Virus record (IMG/VR): IMGVR_UViG_3300044724_004122
Span: 1 to 59,245 of that record
DNA: 59,245 bases
Reading direction: 5' to 3' (one strand)
DNA from: a virus
Lineage: Duplodnaviria > Caudoviricetes
Shown here: positions 16,968 through 25,607 of the stretch, one piece after another
Layout of the letters: the number at the start of each line of letters is the position of its first letter
How positions within the stretch are numbered: position 1 is the first letter of the stretch
Notes under the pieces: model-generated
Databases searched by the model: none
What the model saw: only the letters and a program-made list of their open reading frames with translations
Told to the model about the DNA's origin: nothing
Translations under genes and position numbers: made by a program

Positions 16968-17152
16968 TCCGTTTTATGAACTGCTTCTAAGTCTGCCCAA
17001 AAGCTGAGAGTATCTTTGCCGGTGGTTGCCCAAAAGACTGTGTACAGACCTGCGTTAGAAGCGTGCGCTTTGACGACCACACCCAGACGACGCTGTGGGG
17101 TGAGAACGTCCCTTACAAGCTCACCTCGCTTGAATGTGCGTATCTTTGGCAT
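16964..17152 (-). CDS. Small KOW/SH3-like protein
   Basis: MPKIRTFKRGELVRD..LGVVV..YTVFW..DLE. Confidence 0.7.
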   Translation of the reverse strand: MPKIRTFKRGELVRDVLTPQRRLGVVVKAHASNAGLYTVFWATTGKDTLSFWADLEAVHKTE

Positions 17153-17245
17153 CGTTGTGCTCCGTACTGTGGGTCCGGTAAAAGTCAAATCTCAAAAAAT
17201 TACCCGTGTGTTGTTCGTGTACTATGTCATAATAGGGCAAGGTCC

Positions 17246-17301
17246 GTGCCAACTGGCACATACATTCCGGTATGTACCCCCCCGTGGGGGGGAGGGGGTA
17301 C
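17246..17301. repeat. Cluster of adjacent inverted repeats with C7-GT-G7-A-G5 tract
   Basis: GTGCCA/TGGCAC, ACATAC/GTATGT, GTACCCCC/GGGGGTAC. Confidence 0.85.
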
Positions 17302-17316
17302 TCTCACACAGCTAAG

Positions 17317-17345
17317 ATTATATACCAACCAAAGATAGTTGTCAA
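17317..17345 (-). promoter_or_regulatory. Perfect-consensus sigma70 promoter
   Basis: TTGACA-N17-TATAAT. Confidence 0.85.
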
Positions 17346-17398
17346 GCAGAAAACGACACAAGCCAATTCTTCAATCACAACTTTCATCCAAACCTCCG

Positions 17399-18673
17399 TT
17401 AGTCCACAACAATCATACGTTCAGGCGCAGGGTTGAAGTAGGGTCGCTCTGCGTAGTCAGCAGTTGTCATCCACAGTCGCTTGCACTTGGCACGCTTAGG
17501 CTTGGGAGCAAGCATGTCAGTCAAGACAATCATACCGTCGTAGGCATTGTCATTGACATACCTAGTCGGTGCGTCAAAGCAAGTACCACCGAACATCACC
17601 CGTTCCCAAGCACGCTTCTGCCCTTTCTGCCAAGTGTAGATGTGTTTCTCACCTACGTCACTGTCAAAGGGAATAATGTCGAAGCTCACTAGGTCACACA
17701 GTTTGTTCAACTCAGCGTAGAACTTGACGAGCATTTGGTCATCAACCGAACCACTCTGGTCAATGCAGACTGCAATCTTTGCTTCTCGCTTTACCTTACT
17801 ACCAGCATGAATGTAAGGGAAGCGTTTGTTGATGCGCTTGACAGTGTGTTTCCTGTTAGCTCGAACAGAAGTGTTGACGAAACTTCTGAGGACTTTCTTC
17901 CAATCAACCTTTGGCTTGATGGCATCCATCACAAGTTTTTTTGCGTTGCCCTCGCACGAACCAAAGCCTCGACCAGAAGCGGACTCTTCAGCCGCGGCTT
18001 TCATAGCCTCTTTCAGCTTTTCCTTAGCAATGTCGGCAGCAGCGGAACCTCCCTCACCTTCTTCCCAACCACTATGGTCATCGAGGGTTTCACCGTTGTT
18101 AGAGCCACCACCCTGTGATTCACCAGAACCCCCGTTGCCGGAAGAGCCCTCGCCCTCATCTTCGGAAGGACTACCATCACCCTTTTCATTACTTTTGCTT
18201 TCATCGTCTCCACCTTCTTTCTTCAGCATCTCCAAGTATTTCTCAGCGGACAGACCGTGAGGGTATTGCTCAAACGGTCCTTCGCCTGGGAGACAGCAGT
18301 TCTCAGGAAGAAGGTAACGCTTGCGACCTTCGTTGGTCAGCAGCGAGTTGATGGCTAGGTCAGTAGCGATGTTCCAGGCTTTGTGGTTGACACCATCGGG
18401 GCGTCGTCCAGTGACGTGTCCCAAGATAATGTGCCAGAACTCGTGGAACAGAATTCCCTTACGTTGGTCTTTCGGGAGCCCTTCAAAGAAGGCAGGGTTG
18501 ACCAGCAACTCAAAACTTTCAGTGTCAGGGTTAAGGCGAACACCAGCAGTGGGAAGCAGTGTGCTTAGACGCTTGTCCATCCTGCGGGACAGAGCGGCGT
18601 AGAAGGGCTCCTCACTGAGAAGCTTTACTAGCTCGCTTGACAAGTCAAAAGTGGGTTTCGTTTCAGTCATCAT
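17399..18673 (-). CDS. DUF2201-type metallopeptidase-like + VWA domain protein
   Basis: HEFWH, WNIATDLAIN, acidic/Gly linker, IDQSGS MIDAS, GGTCF, LTD. Confidence 0.9.
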   Translation of the reverse strand: MMTETKPTFDLSSELVKLLSEEPFYAALSRRMDKRLSTLLPTAGVRLNPDTESFELLVNPAFFEGLPKDQRKGILFHEFWHIILGHVTGRRPDGVNHKAWNIATDLAINSLLTNEGRKRYLLPENCCLPGEGPFEQYPHGLSAEKYLEMLKKEGGDDESKSNEKGDGSPSEDEGEGSSGNGGSGESQGGGSNNGETLDDHSGWEEGEGGSAAADIAKEKLKEAMKAAAEESASGRGFGSCEGNAKKLVMDAIKPKVDWKKVLRSFVNTSVRANRKHTVKRINKRFPYIHAGSKVKREAKIAVCIDQSGSVDDQMLVKFYAELNKLCDLVSFDIIPFDSDVGEKHIYTWQKGQKRAWERVMFGGTCFDAPTRYVNDNAYDGMIVLTDMLAPKPKRAKCKRLWMTTADYAERPYFNPAPERMIVVD

Positions 18674-18695
18674 CTCTCCATCACCTTACATATAC

Positions 18696-18723
18696 AAGAT
18701 AGGACGGAATAATGGTTTGTCAA
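18696..18723 (-). promoter_or_regulatory. sigma70-type early promoter
   Basis: TTGACA-N16-TATCTT with GTCC. Confidence 0.75.
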
Positions 18724-18766
18724 GGTCATTTTATAAACTTTTTTTACTTTTCTCGAAAAAAGTTTT

Positions 18767-18936
18767 AACTTTCGCCTAGAGAAAAGTGAATAAAAAGTGC
18801 GATAGGAGGCTTGTATCGCTGTTTTTATTTCTGTGGTTCTCGGCATTTTGGCACACTTTTTGGCGAACCTGCGATACAAGACTGGAAACGGGGATAGCCT
18901 CTTTTCCCTTTCAACTTTCACCTAGAGAAAAGTGAA
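18767..18936. repeat. 24-bp direct repeat pair (18767-18790, 18913-18936)
   Basis: AACTTTC(G/A)CCTAGAGAAAAGTGAA, one mismatch. Confidence 0.9.
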
Positions 18937-18970
18937 CCAAAACTGTGTTTCAGGCTCCCTATCGCTATGT

Positions 18971-18997
18971 AAAAAATGGCAAGGGGCTTTCGCCCCT
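18971..18997 (-). terminator. Intrinsic terminator after MoxR gene
   Basis: AGGGGC-GAAA-GCCCCT then TGCCATTTTTT. Confidence 0.7.
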
Positions 18998-19052
18998 CAC
19001 CACCGAGACTGACCGGAGATGAGTTGTGGAGACAGTCAGCCTCTACTTTACC

Positions 19053-20099
19053 TCACGCCAAAAGGTCTGCGATAAACAAGCCAAAAGGCTTATCACCGAC
19101 AGTCTTAGTGTGGAGAGTATCCAGAGCATTAGGGGCAGCCTTGGCTACCTCACCCCAAAAATGAACCGCAAGCTCGGCGGGCACATTTCCGAAGTAAGCA
19201 GCCAGGTTATCAACCTGCTTGTCAGTCAACTCGTTCTCGCTGAGGAAGACAGTCATCTTCTCGTTGAGAGCATTGACCTTGTGAGTCGAAAGGTCTTTCA
19301 CCTTGTCAACCGCACCGTCAAGAATAGCCTCGACAGTCAACTGGCTTTCGTAGTTCTTGGCAAAGTCCTTGAACGCCACAGCAGCCTCAAAGCCGACATA
19401 ACCCGTTGCCAAGTGGTAGACAACATCGAGAGCACCTTTGTCCTCGACAAGAGCACCCTTGACCAAACAGTCGTTTAGGCGATGCCAAGAACGACGCGAA
19501 GGGTAAACCTTGTTAGGCTCAGGGTCTTCGTTGTGCTCCAAGTGGTTTCGGCTCTGGTTGATGAAGTCCCAAACGAGGGTGTGAACGTTATCTTTCGCCC
19601 AAGTCAACCAGTCTTCAACAGTGGGGTTAATGTCCCAGATGACCCAGCGGTCAAGCTCGGCAGGGTCAAGCTCACTCACTTGGTAAGCACTGGCACACTC
19701 TTCACCACCGTTGACCGCAGCAACAATCTGTGTTTGGGGGTGAAGGTGCCAACCGTTCAACTTGCGGGAGTCAGTCAACTCCATGATGCCCTGACGAACT
19801 TCTGGGATGGCACGGTCAACTTCGTCAAGGAAGAGGAACACAGGCTCATCACATGCACGACGGAACCAATCAGGAGCGAGCCACTTAGTGGCATTTCCCT
19901 CAACCTGTGGCAGACCAATGAGGTCACCCTCGGTCATCTGTGAAGCACGACGCTCAACCACAGGAAGGTTCCAGCGCTCCGCTGTCTGATAGACAACTTG
20001 GCTTTTACCAATACCGTGGCGACCGCGAATCATAACGGGCTTTCCGTCGCGCAGAACGTGGTCAACAATGAGGTTGAAAGTTTTGAAGTCGATAGCCAT
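19053..20099 (-). CDS. MoxR-like AAA+ ATPase
   Basis: GRHGIGKS Walker A, LFLDEVDR Walker B, AAVN, LDPAELDRW, PSRRSW. Confidence 0.9.
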   Translation of the reverse strand: MAIDFKTFNLIVDHVLRDGKPVMIRGRHGIGKSQVVYQTAERWNLPVVERRASQMTEGDLIGLPQVEGNATKWLAPDWFRRACDEPVFLFLDEVDRAIPEVRQGIMELTDSRKLNGWHLHPQTQIVAAVNGGEECASAYQVSELDPAELDRWVIWDINPTVEDWLTWAKDNVHTLVWDFINQSRNHLEHNEDPEPNKVYPSRRSWHRLNDCLVKGALVEDKGALDVVYHLATGYVGFEAAVAFKDFAKNYESQLTVEAILDGAVDKVKDLSTHKVNALNEKMTVFLSENELTDKQVDNLAAYFGNVPAELAVHFWGEVAKAAPNALDTLHTKTVGDKPFGLFIADLLA

Positions 20100-20146
20100 T
20101 CTTTTCTCCTTTGGGGAACTCTGTGCTCCCTCCCATCTCCACTATA

Positions 20147-20174
20147 AATATAGGACAGAAAGGGGCTTTGTCAA
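20147..20174 (-). promoter_or_regulatory. sigma70-type early promoter with UP-like A tracts
   Basis: TTGACA-N16-TATATT with GTCC. Confidence 0.75.
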
Positions 20175-20356
20175 GGGGAAAAGTGCATTTTTTTTGATTA
20201 TTTTTTTATTTTTTTTTATTAAAAAAGTTCTTGACTTCTCCCCCCCTTGTGCGCCAAGTACAGGGCTGACCCACAGCCTGCATCACAGTAAGAACCACAG
20301 TTGCTCCACATTTCCCTTTCTCCCCCATTTCTCTCCACTTTTATCCACACTCACTA

Positions 20357-20578
20357 TCACTCACCTAACCCCCCTTCATACGGGTCATACAAATGCCATA
20401 CTGGAACCCTTATTACCTTACCTTCATATAAGACTTTTACTAAGGCTATTCCTTCTCTTATTCCTTCTTCTTCTAATGCTAATACTAATGGTGGTGGTGA
20501 TAGTTTCTTTACATGGGGGAATGGCATGTCTTTATCTTCTTCATACTTTAGTCTATACACTCTCCCCTTTATAATCAT
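20357..20578 (-). CDS. Hypothetical protein (possible SH3-like)
   Basis: 73 aa, ATGA overlap with upstream gene. Confidence 0.5.
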   Translation of the reverse strand: MIIKGRVYRLKYEEDKDMPFPHVKKLSPPPLVLALEEEGIREGIALVKVLYEGKVIRVPVWHLYDPYEGGLGE

Positions 20579-21117
20579 AATTTTTTTATCTCTCGGAGCA
20601 ATGAGGGTGGCAAGTCGTCCTCGGTGATCCGACCTTGCAAGAATTCTTTCATTAGACGCCTCTTGCGACGGTCAAACCTCTCCTGCTTCTCCTGTTGAGT
20701 CTCCTCCTTTTTTGGCAACTCTGGAAGTGGGACACCAAGATAACCCCACCGTCTGCAATCATCAAAAGTGTAGCCTGACCAAAAAACATAAGTCAACCAC
20801 CAATCATCAATCTTTTGCACATCGCCAAAAGACTCTACATAACCACACCGTGGACAAGCATCTTTGTCTGGTCCATATTTGTGATGAACCATTTGTGATG
20901 CTGGAAACACAGCATAGCATTTGCAGATTCTTTCATCAGGGGAGCGTTGGTTCTCTGGAATGTCTTCTGAGAATTCTTTGAAGACTTCGCGGAGAATGGG
21001 TAACACTTGTGCGTCGGCAGCCTGTTGCTCCTCCCATTCCTTTTCAGATGCTCGTGCTTCTTCCTTTTCTATTGCTCTAATCTTATTGAGTTTTCTCATT
21101 CTCTCTTTATTGCTCAT
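20575..21117 (-). CDS. Hypothetical protein with Cys motifs
   Basis: CKC..CPRC; start moved to MSNKERM after GAG. Confidence 0.6.
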   Translation of the reverse strand: MSNKERMRKLNKIRAIEKEEARASEKEWEEQQAADAQVLPILREVFKEFSEDIPENQRSPDERICKCYAVFPASQMVHHKYGPDKDACPRCGYVESFGDVQKIDDWWLTYVFWSGYTFDDCRRWGYLGVPLPELPKKEETQQEKQERFDRRKRRLMKEFLQGRITEDDLPPSLLREIKKL

Positions 21118-21130
21118 CTCTTTTATCCTT

Positions 21131-21877
21131 TTATTTATTGTCCTCGGCAACTTCACGTTCGGCACGGAGTCTAGCGGCGATTGCCTCTTCTTCGGTTTTG
21201 AAATAGCCTAGACACTTCCTGCGAAGTTGGGCTCGCCACTTCTTGTAATTCTTGTGCCAACACACACCTTTTTGATTTGATTGTTTCTCTGCGGGGCGAC
21301 GACATCTAATCTCTTCATACTCTTTTTGACCAGCGACAATCTTCTGCATCACATCTGGTGGCACACCGTCAGGGAAGTTCAAAGTCGCAAACTCACCGTG
21401 GTGCTCTCTGGCTAGTTTGTCATACTCCATTGCGGCTTCTTCGGCTGTAAAAAACCCACCACCGGAGTGCCGCTTGCCTTGAAACCTAATCAACACATAG
21501 TATTTTTTCGTTTGACGCCAGCGGCGGCGTATAACCCCGTGATAACCAACCTTTCCCTGTGGAGGTCTATTACAGTTCCTGCTATTCTCAGCAATGGTGC
21601 AGATACGCAAGTTTTCTTTGCGATTGTCTCTACCATCTCCATTGATGTGGTCTATTACTTTTCCCCTTGGGGCATCCATAATAAACCGATGAAGCAAAAT
21701 CGCTTTTTGCTTTCCGTTCTCGTCTGCTGGCGTTGCCCGTCTTACATAAAAGACCCCGCGACTCCTGTCTTTGCCGATGCACCACTTACCCTCTGCAACA
21801 ACCCTATCATAATCCTCATCATCTAAGAGGACATGATGTGTGCCATGTGTCTTTGACTCAATTGTTAATGTTTTCAT
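21131..21877 (-). CDS. HNH endonuclease with two AP2 DNA-binding domains (homing endonuclease-like)
   Basis: LHRFIM..IDHINGDGRDNRKENLR; GGFFTAEEAAMEYD..HGEFATLNF; LGYFKTEEEAIAAR. Confidence 0.9.
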   Translation of the reverse strand: MKTLTIESKTHGTHHVLLDDEDYDRVVAEGKWCIGKDRSRGVFYVRRATPADENGKQKAILLHRFIMDAPRGKVIDHINGDGRDNRKENLRICTIAENSRNCNRPPQGKVGYHGVIRRRWRQTKKYYVLIRFQGKRHSGGGFFTAEEAAMEYDKLAREHHGEFATLNFPDGVPPDVMQKIVAGQKEYEEIRCRRPAEKQSNQKGVCWHKNYKKWRAQLRRKCLGYFKTEEEAIAARLRAEREVAEDNK

Positions 21878-21892
21878 TTTATGTCTCGGCAT

Positions 21893-21933
21893 AAAAAAAT
21901 GCCCCACCCTACCGAAGCAGAGTGGGGCACATT
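21893..21933 (-). terminator. Intrinsic terminator
   Basis: TGCCCCACTCTGC-TTCG-GTAGGGTGGGGCA then T7. Confidence 0.85.
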
Positions 21934-21937
21934 CTGT

Positions 21938-23041
21938 TTAAAGGTTGCGGTCAAAAACAAACTGCTCGGAGACATTATCCCATTTGTAAACAGCGTCAGC
22001 GTCAGTGCCGTTTTTGATTTGCTCCATCAAAATAACCCCGTCAATAAGACCTACGCCAAGAGGAATGTACATGTTCTTGTTCTCGTTTGCTAGGTCTTCT
22101 AGAACAGCCCGTCGATTGGCTTTGATTGTCTCAGAAGTGGTGCTGTCCGTAATCTGAACATGGGTAGCCAAGCGAAGCTTGAAGGTCTGCCCTGGACAGT
22201 TTTCACGAGCGCGCCAAAAGTGCTTACGGAAGTTGCCAACAGTGTTCTGATACATTTGAGTGTTACCTTGCAGGTAGTTACAACCATCTGCCTCTGGCGT
22301 AGCTGTGTGCTTACTGGAACTAGCGTAGCCCCAAGCCTTCCGCTGTGCTTGTTTCATGTCTGAGGCTTTTGGCTTAATGAAACTTGAAATCTTCTTTGTT
22401 CCCAACTTCTTGACAAAGTTCTTTGCTTTACGCTGGGTATAACCAAAGTGATGCTCAAGATAAGCTTGTTGTTTTGCTTCCTTTTGTGAATCACTCAAGT
22501 TTCTAAACGCTCCCATCTCTTCTTTATCTTGCAAAAACTTTTTTGCGTCCTCGGCGTTGTGATTGCAACTTTCGGGGTGGTTGTTGTCATCGGCAAGGAA
22601 GTTATGTAGGTCTTCATCGTTCTTGAAATCAACAACGCAAACCGGAGCCATACAAGGCGTATCAGGGTCTTTCTCAGTTGGTTTGTTAAGTTCGTACCAA
22701 ACTGATAGACGGTGGTGTCCACCAAGCAAGTCAAACACCTTTGTCTTTGAGTTGTATCGAACAGTTGGAACGCGCAATAACCCATCCTTCTTAATCTGGG
22801 CTGTCAACTTAATAATTTTGGCATCAACTGTGTCACGCACACGAGTCTGAAAGGGTCGCCCTTTGGAGCTAATGTCCTGATAGTCAACAACAATGCAATC
22901 GGCAGAAACCGTACCGTTGTTGTGCTTAATGTCGCTCATTAGTTTGACCGTCTCAAAGCTATCGAGTGAACAAACATCGTAGGTTTTATTAAAGGTGACT
23001 TGGTTCTTAGTTTTCTTCAAGTCTGAAAGGTTAATCATCAT
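21938..23041 (-). CDS. ParB/Srx N-terminal-like domain protein
   Basis: FQTRVR..IKKDGLLRVPTV..LLGGHHRL. Confidence 0.7.
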   Translation of the reverse strand: MMINLSDLKKTKNQVTFNKTYDVCSLDSFETVKLMSDIKHNNGTVSADCIVVDYQDISSKGRPFQTRVRDTVDAKIIKLTAQIKKDGLLRVPTVRYNSKTKVFDLLGGHHRLSVWYELNKPTEKDPDTPCMAPVCVVDFKNDEDLHNFLADDNNHPESCNHNAEDAKKFLQDKEEMGAFRNLSDSQKEAKQQAYLEHHFGYTQRKAKNFVKKLGTKKISSFIKPKASDMKQAQRKAWGYASSSKHTATPEADGCNYLQGNTQMYQNTVGNFRKHFWRARENCPGQTFKLRLATHVQITDSTTSETIKANRRAVLEDLANENKNMYIPLGVGLIDGVILMEQIKNGTDADAVYKWDNVSEQFVFDRNL

Positions 23042-23081
23042 TTCTCCTTTGGGCTTTGCCCTTTTATTTGTTATGTCTCGT

Positions 23082-23110
23082 ATTGTACTAAAATTTCAAG
23101 GACTTGTCAA
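23082..23110 (-). promoter_or_regulatory. sigma70-type promoter
   Basis: TTGACA-N17-TACAAT. Confidence 0.75.
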
Positions 23111-23317
23111 TTACTTTCGTTCCCACATGTCCATACAACGGTCATAGCGCTCCTTGAACTCAAGGCTTGCTTTACTACCCAACTCGTTAGTGTGAGTCTG
23201 AGCCAAACAGATAGCAGCACGCTTATCATGCTGACCGTCAGTTGCTCCCATAGATACTGAGAGTCCTAGAAGAAACCCTCCAATAGAGCAACCTACAAAA
23301 AAGATAGCATCATTCAT
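23111..23317 (-). CDS. Small membrane-anchored protein
   Basis: N-terminal hydrophobic helix, GGAGG RBS. Confidence 0.7.
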   Translation of the reverse strand: MNDAIFFVGCSIGGFLLGLSVSMGATDGQHDKRAAICLAQTHTNELGSKASLEFKERYDRCMDMWERK

Positions 23318-23406
23318 TTCTTTCCTCCATTCTTGTAAAAAATAGTAGTGGCAACCTCACCTACAATGAACCCTGCCACGAAACTAAAAACTAGAACTAC
23401 TAGCAT
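23314..23406 (-). CDS. 30-aa membrane peptide (not in ORF track)
   Basis: MLVVLVFSFVAGFIVGEVATTIFYKNGGKK; overlaps both neighbours; GAGG RBS. Confidence 0.6.
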   Translation of the reverse strand: MLVVLVFSFVAGFIVGEVATTIFYKNGGKK

Positions 23407-24134
23407 TTATTTTTCCTCTCTCCAAGTTTCTCGATAACTCCGTCCAAGAACTCGATGAAGCCATCAACCTGATGGGGGAGCACACCCTTGCCAACCTTGA
23501 CTGTGTTAGTGTCAAAGGGCATACCACCGAGCACACAACTTTGAACACGGTAGTTCTGGTGTCCTACCGAGTTAGCGGCATCCTTGCCCACACCCATCCA
23601 AGAAATGTCTGGCATAGAAACCCAGCCTCGCTCTCCGTTATCGTTGAGCGACTTAACAGACACAGTGTGAGCCAACCAGTAAAGCCAACGGTTTGTCCAA
23701 CGAGTGTCTTGCAGAAACTTCTTGCTGGGGAGTCTGTCTCCAAGGTTGAGGTTCGCGTAGAACCCAAGAACAACTGCGCGCTCTGGATAGTTTGGATGAT
23801 GCCACTCATCTTTGGTTGTCTTTTTGACAGTTGAGCCCTTGCCAATCTGGTTTCCAATAAGAAGCTCAATAATTTTGTGGCAACGAGTCTCTACCGCAGG
23901 GAGCTTGGTAATAACTTGTTTTTTGTGCTCGCAAGAACGAGCGTTGTGTCCTTTGCCACCGCACCAGCCACAGTGAACGGCTTTTCGGTGGTTCATTTGG
24001 CGCTGCTCTTGTTTAGCCCACTCAGCACCAGAGTCGGCGGCTGAGTCGATGTATTCTCGACGCGAAGGACAACTGCGTTTGTTGTGTCCGTCTTCTCCAC
24101 ACCAAGAGCATCTAACCGTCCCTGACCAACTCAT
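23400..24134 (-). CDS. Double CCHC zinc-knuckle protein, paralog 1
   Basis: CSWCGEDGHNKRSC and CGWCGGKGHNARSC. Confidence 0.85.
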   Translation of the reverse strand: MSWSGTVRCSWCGEDGHNKRSCPSRREYIDSAADSGAEWAKQEQRQMNHRKAVHCGWCGGKGHNARSCEHKKQVITKLPAVETRCHKIIELLIGNQIGKGSTVKKTTKDEWHHPNYPERAVVLGFYANLNLGDRLPSKKFLQDTRWTNRWLYWLAHTVSVKSLNDNGERGWVSMPDISWMGVGKDAANSVGHQNYRVQSCVLGGMPFDTNTVKVGKGVLPHQVDGFIEFLDGVIEKLGERKNKC

Positions 24135-24164
24135 TTCCTCTCCTTTTCTTCATCTCTCAACTAC

Positions 24165-24192
24165 AATATAGGACGGAAATGTCCGTTGTCAA
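24165..24192 (-). promoter_or_regulatory. sigma70-type early promoter
   Basis: TTGACA-N16-TATATT with GTCC. Confidence 0.8.
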
Positions 24193-24201
24193 GGGGTAAA
24201 A

Positions 24202-24417
24202 TCAAACTTTTTTTATTTCTTTTTCCCAATATTCTGGTGTGCAGAGGTCTAGCGACTCTGAGCACAGGTCATCGCTAACGGGTCCGGTCTGCCAATAGAC
24301 TGAGTAAAAGTAGTCGTCTCCAACACCACCGGGCTTAGGCTCTCGTTTATAGACAACGCCGTAGTCGCCATCCCAAACACTTCTTACCAACTGTCCAACT
24401 TCAAAAACTTCTCTCAT
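24202..24417 (-). CDS. Small KOW/SH3-like protein
   Basis: MREVFEVGQLVRS..YGVVY..YSVYW. Confidence 0.7.
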   Translation of the reverse strand: MREVFEVGQLVRSVWDGDYGVVYKREPKPGGVGDDYFYSVYWQTGPVSDDLCSESLDLCTPEYWEKEIKKV

Positions 24418-25112
24418 TTGACACACTCACCAGTAATAATCTTCAAACCTTTCTTGTGGAGCATAACGTTTTCTGCTGTCATGCCCTTGCCAAGTTCAAG
24501 GTTGATTTTGACCGGACAAGGCACGCCAGTTGTTGGACCAGCCTCGATAAAGGAGTAGCCACACCCAATAGAGTTGTTAAGAACCTCAAAGCTGGTGTGG
24601 GGCATATTGACCCACGTCTTTTCACCAGTGGGCTGGACGCCGGTTAGGTGAAAACTTTCAAGGAGGCTTTGAACGTAGCCAATGAAAGGATAGCGCTCAT
24701 CGTTACCTGTGTCGTTCAACCAGCGGAACAGATAGGAACTAAACTTGACATTGAAGTTACCAACAATACCTGTCGCCAAGTAGATGTTGCCACCATCCCA
24801 ATGTTGGCGTTTGAGCATCGTGCCCCTACCAACCTTGGCTCCCCAAGTTTGCAGAACAAACTTTTCTAGCAAGCGTTTCAGTTCAGGCAACTCACCTTCG
24901 GCGCGTTTCTTGACAGGGCAAGTGCGAGCGTTGTGCCCTTGCTCCCCACACCACCCACAGGTGACTTTCTTTTTGCTGTTCATCTGGCGAAGCAAGTAAT
25001 CGTCACCTGCCTCCGCACGCTCCTCAGCCAACTTGCGGCGTTGAGGGCATGAACGCTTGTTGTGTCCTTTTTGGTAGCACCACCCGCATCTCACAGTTCC
25101 GTTGTAGCTCAT
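24414..25112 (-). CDS. Double CCHC zinc-knuckle protein, paralog 2
   Basis: CGWCYQKGHNKRSC and CGWCGEQGHNARTC; start MSYNGTVRC after GGAGG. Confidence 0.85.
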   Translation of the reverse strand: MSYNGTVRCGWCYQKGHNKRSCPQRRKLAEERAEAGDDYLLRQMNSKKKVTCGWCGEQGHNARTCPVKKRAEGELPELKRLLEKFVLQTWGAKVGRGTMLKRQHWDGGNIYLATGIVGNFNVKFSSYLFRWLNDTGNDERYPFIGYVQSLLESFHLTGVQPTGEKTWVNMPHTSFEVLNNSIGCGYSFIEAGPTTGVPCPVKINLELGKGMTAENVMLHKKGLKIITGECVK

Positions 25113-25137
25113 CTCGTTTCCTCCATCTCTCAATAAC

Positions 25138-25165
25138 AAGATAGGATGAAATACGCTCTTGTCAA
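25138..25165 (-). promoter_or_regulatory. sigma70-type early promoter
   Basis: TTGACA-N16-TATCTT. Confidence 0.75.
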
Positions 25166-25389
25166 GGGGAAATCGGAAAATAAATTACTTTTTTTGAAGA
25201 AATTTTTTCTTCTAGTTCTCGGGCATAGAAAACATCTGGATAACCGTTTGAAGCCCAGACAACATTGACGATAGTTTTGTTGTCTATCTTCTGAACCTTC
25301 GTGACGACACAAGTGTCTTCAACCAGAAGCCGGTCTCCGTAGCCCTCGTAGTAATGGAACTTGAACGAGTCTCCCTTAGAAAATGCCAT
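25162..25389 (-). CDS. Small hypothetical protein (KOW/SH3-like)
   Basis: FSKGDSF..CVVTKV..VVW. Confidence 0.55.
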   Translation of the reverse strand: MAFSKGDSFKFHYYEGYGDRLLVEDTCVVTKVQKIDNKTIVNVVWASNGYPDVFYARELEEKISSKKVIYFPISP

Positions 25390-25594
25390 CTGGTACCTTC
25401 CCTTCTTTTGACTTGACCGTCACCGCTCCAACGCGGTCATCGTAAGCCACTTCAAGCATTCCCAACTTGTAGAGGTTGAGAACCGCTGACATGGACTCAT
25501 AAATGTCGTCGCCCACAAGTCCTTCATTTGAAGCATTCAAAAGATACTCTGTGGAAATAAGCCCTTCACAAGTTTTTAGTTGGTCTTGATACAT
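25376..25594 (-). CDS. Hypothetical protein
   Basis: Start moved to MYQDQ after AGGAG. Confidence 0.6.
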   Translation of the reverse strand: MYQDQLKTCEGLISTEYLLNASNEGLVGDDIYESMSAVLNLYKLGMLEVAYDDRVGAVTVKSKEGKVPDGIF

Positions 25595-25607
25595 CTCTTC
25601 TCCTTCT

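Noticed and set aside
18670-18921. 83-aa minus-strand ORF
   Set aside because: Runs through a promoter, A tracts and repeats, has no RBS, and its composition looks non-coding
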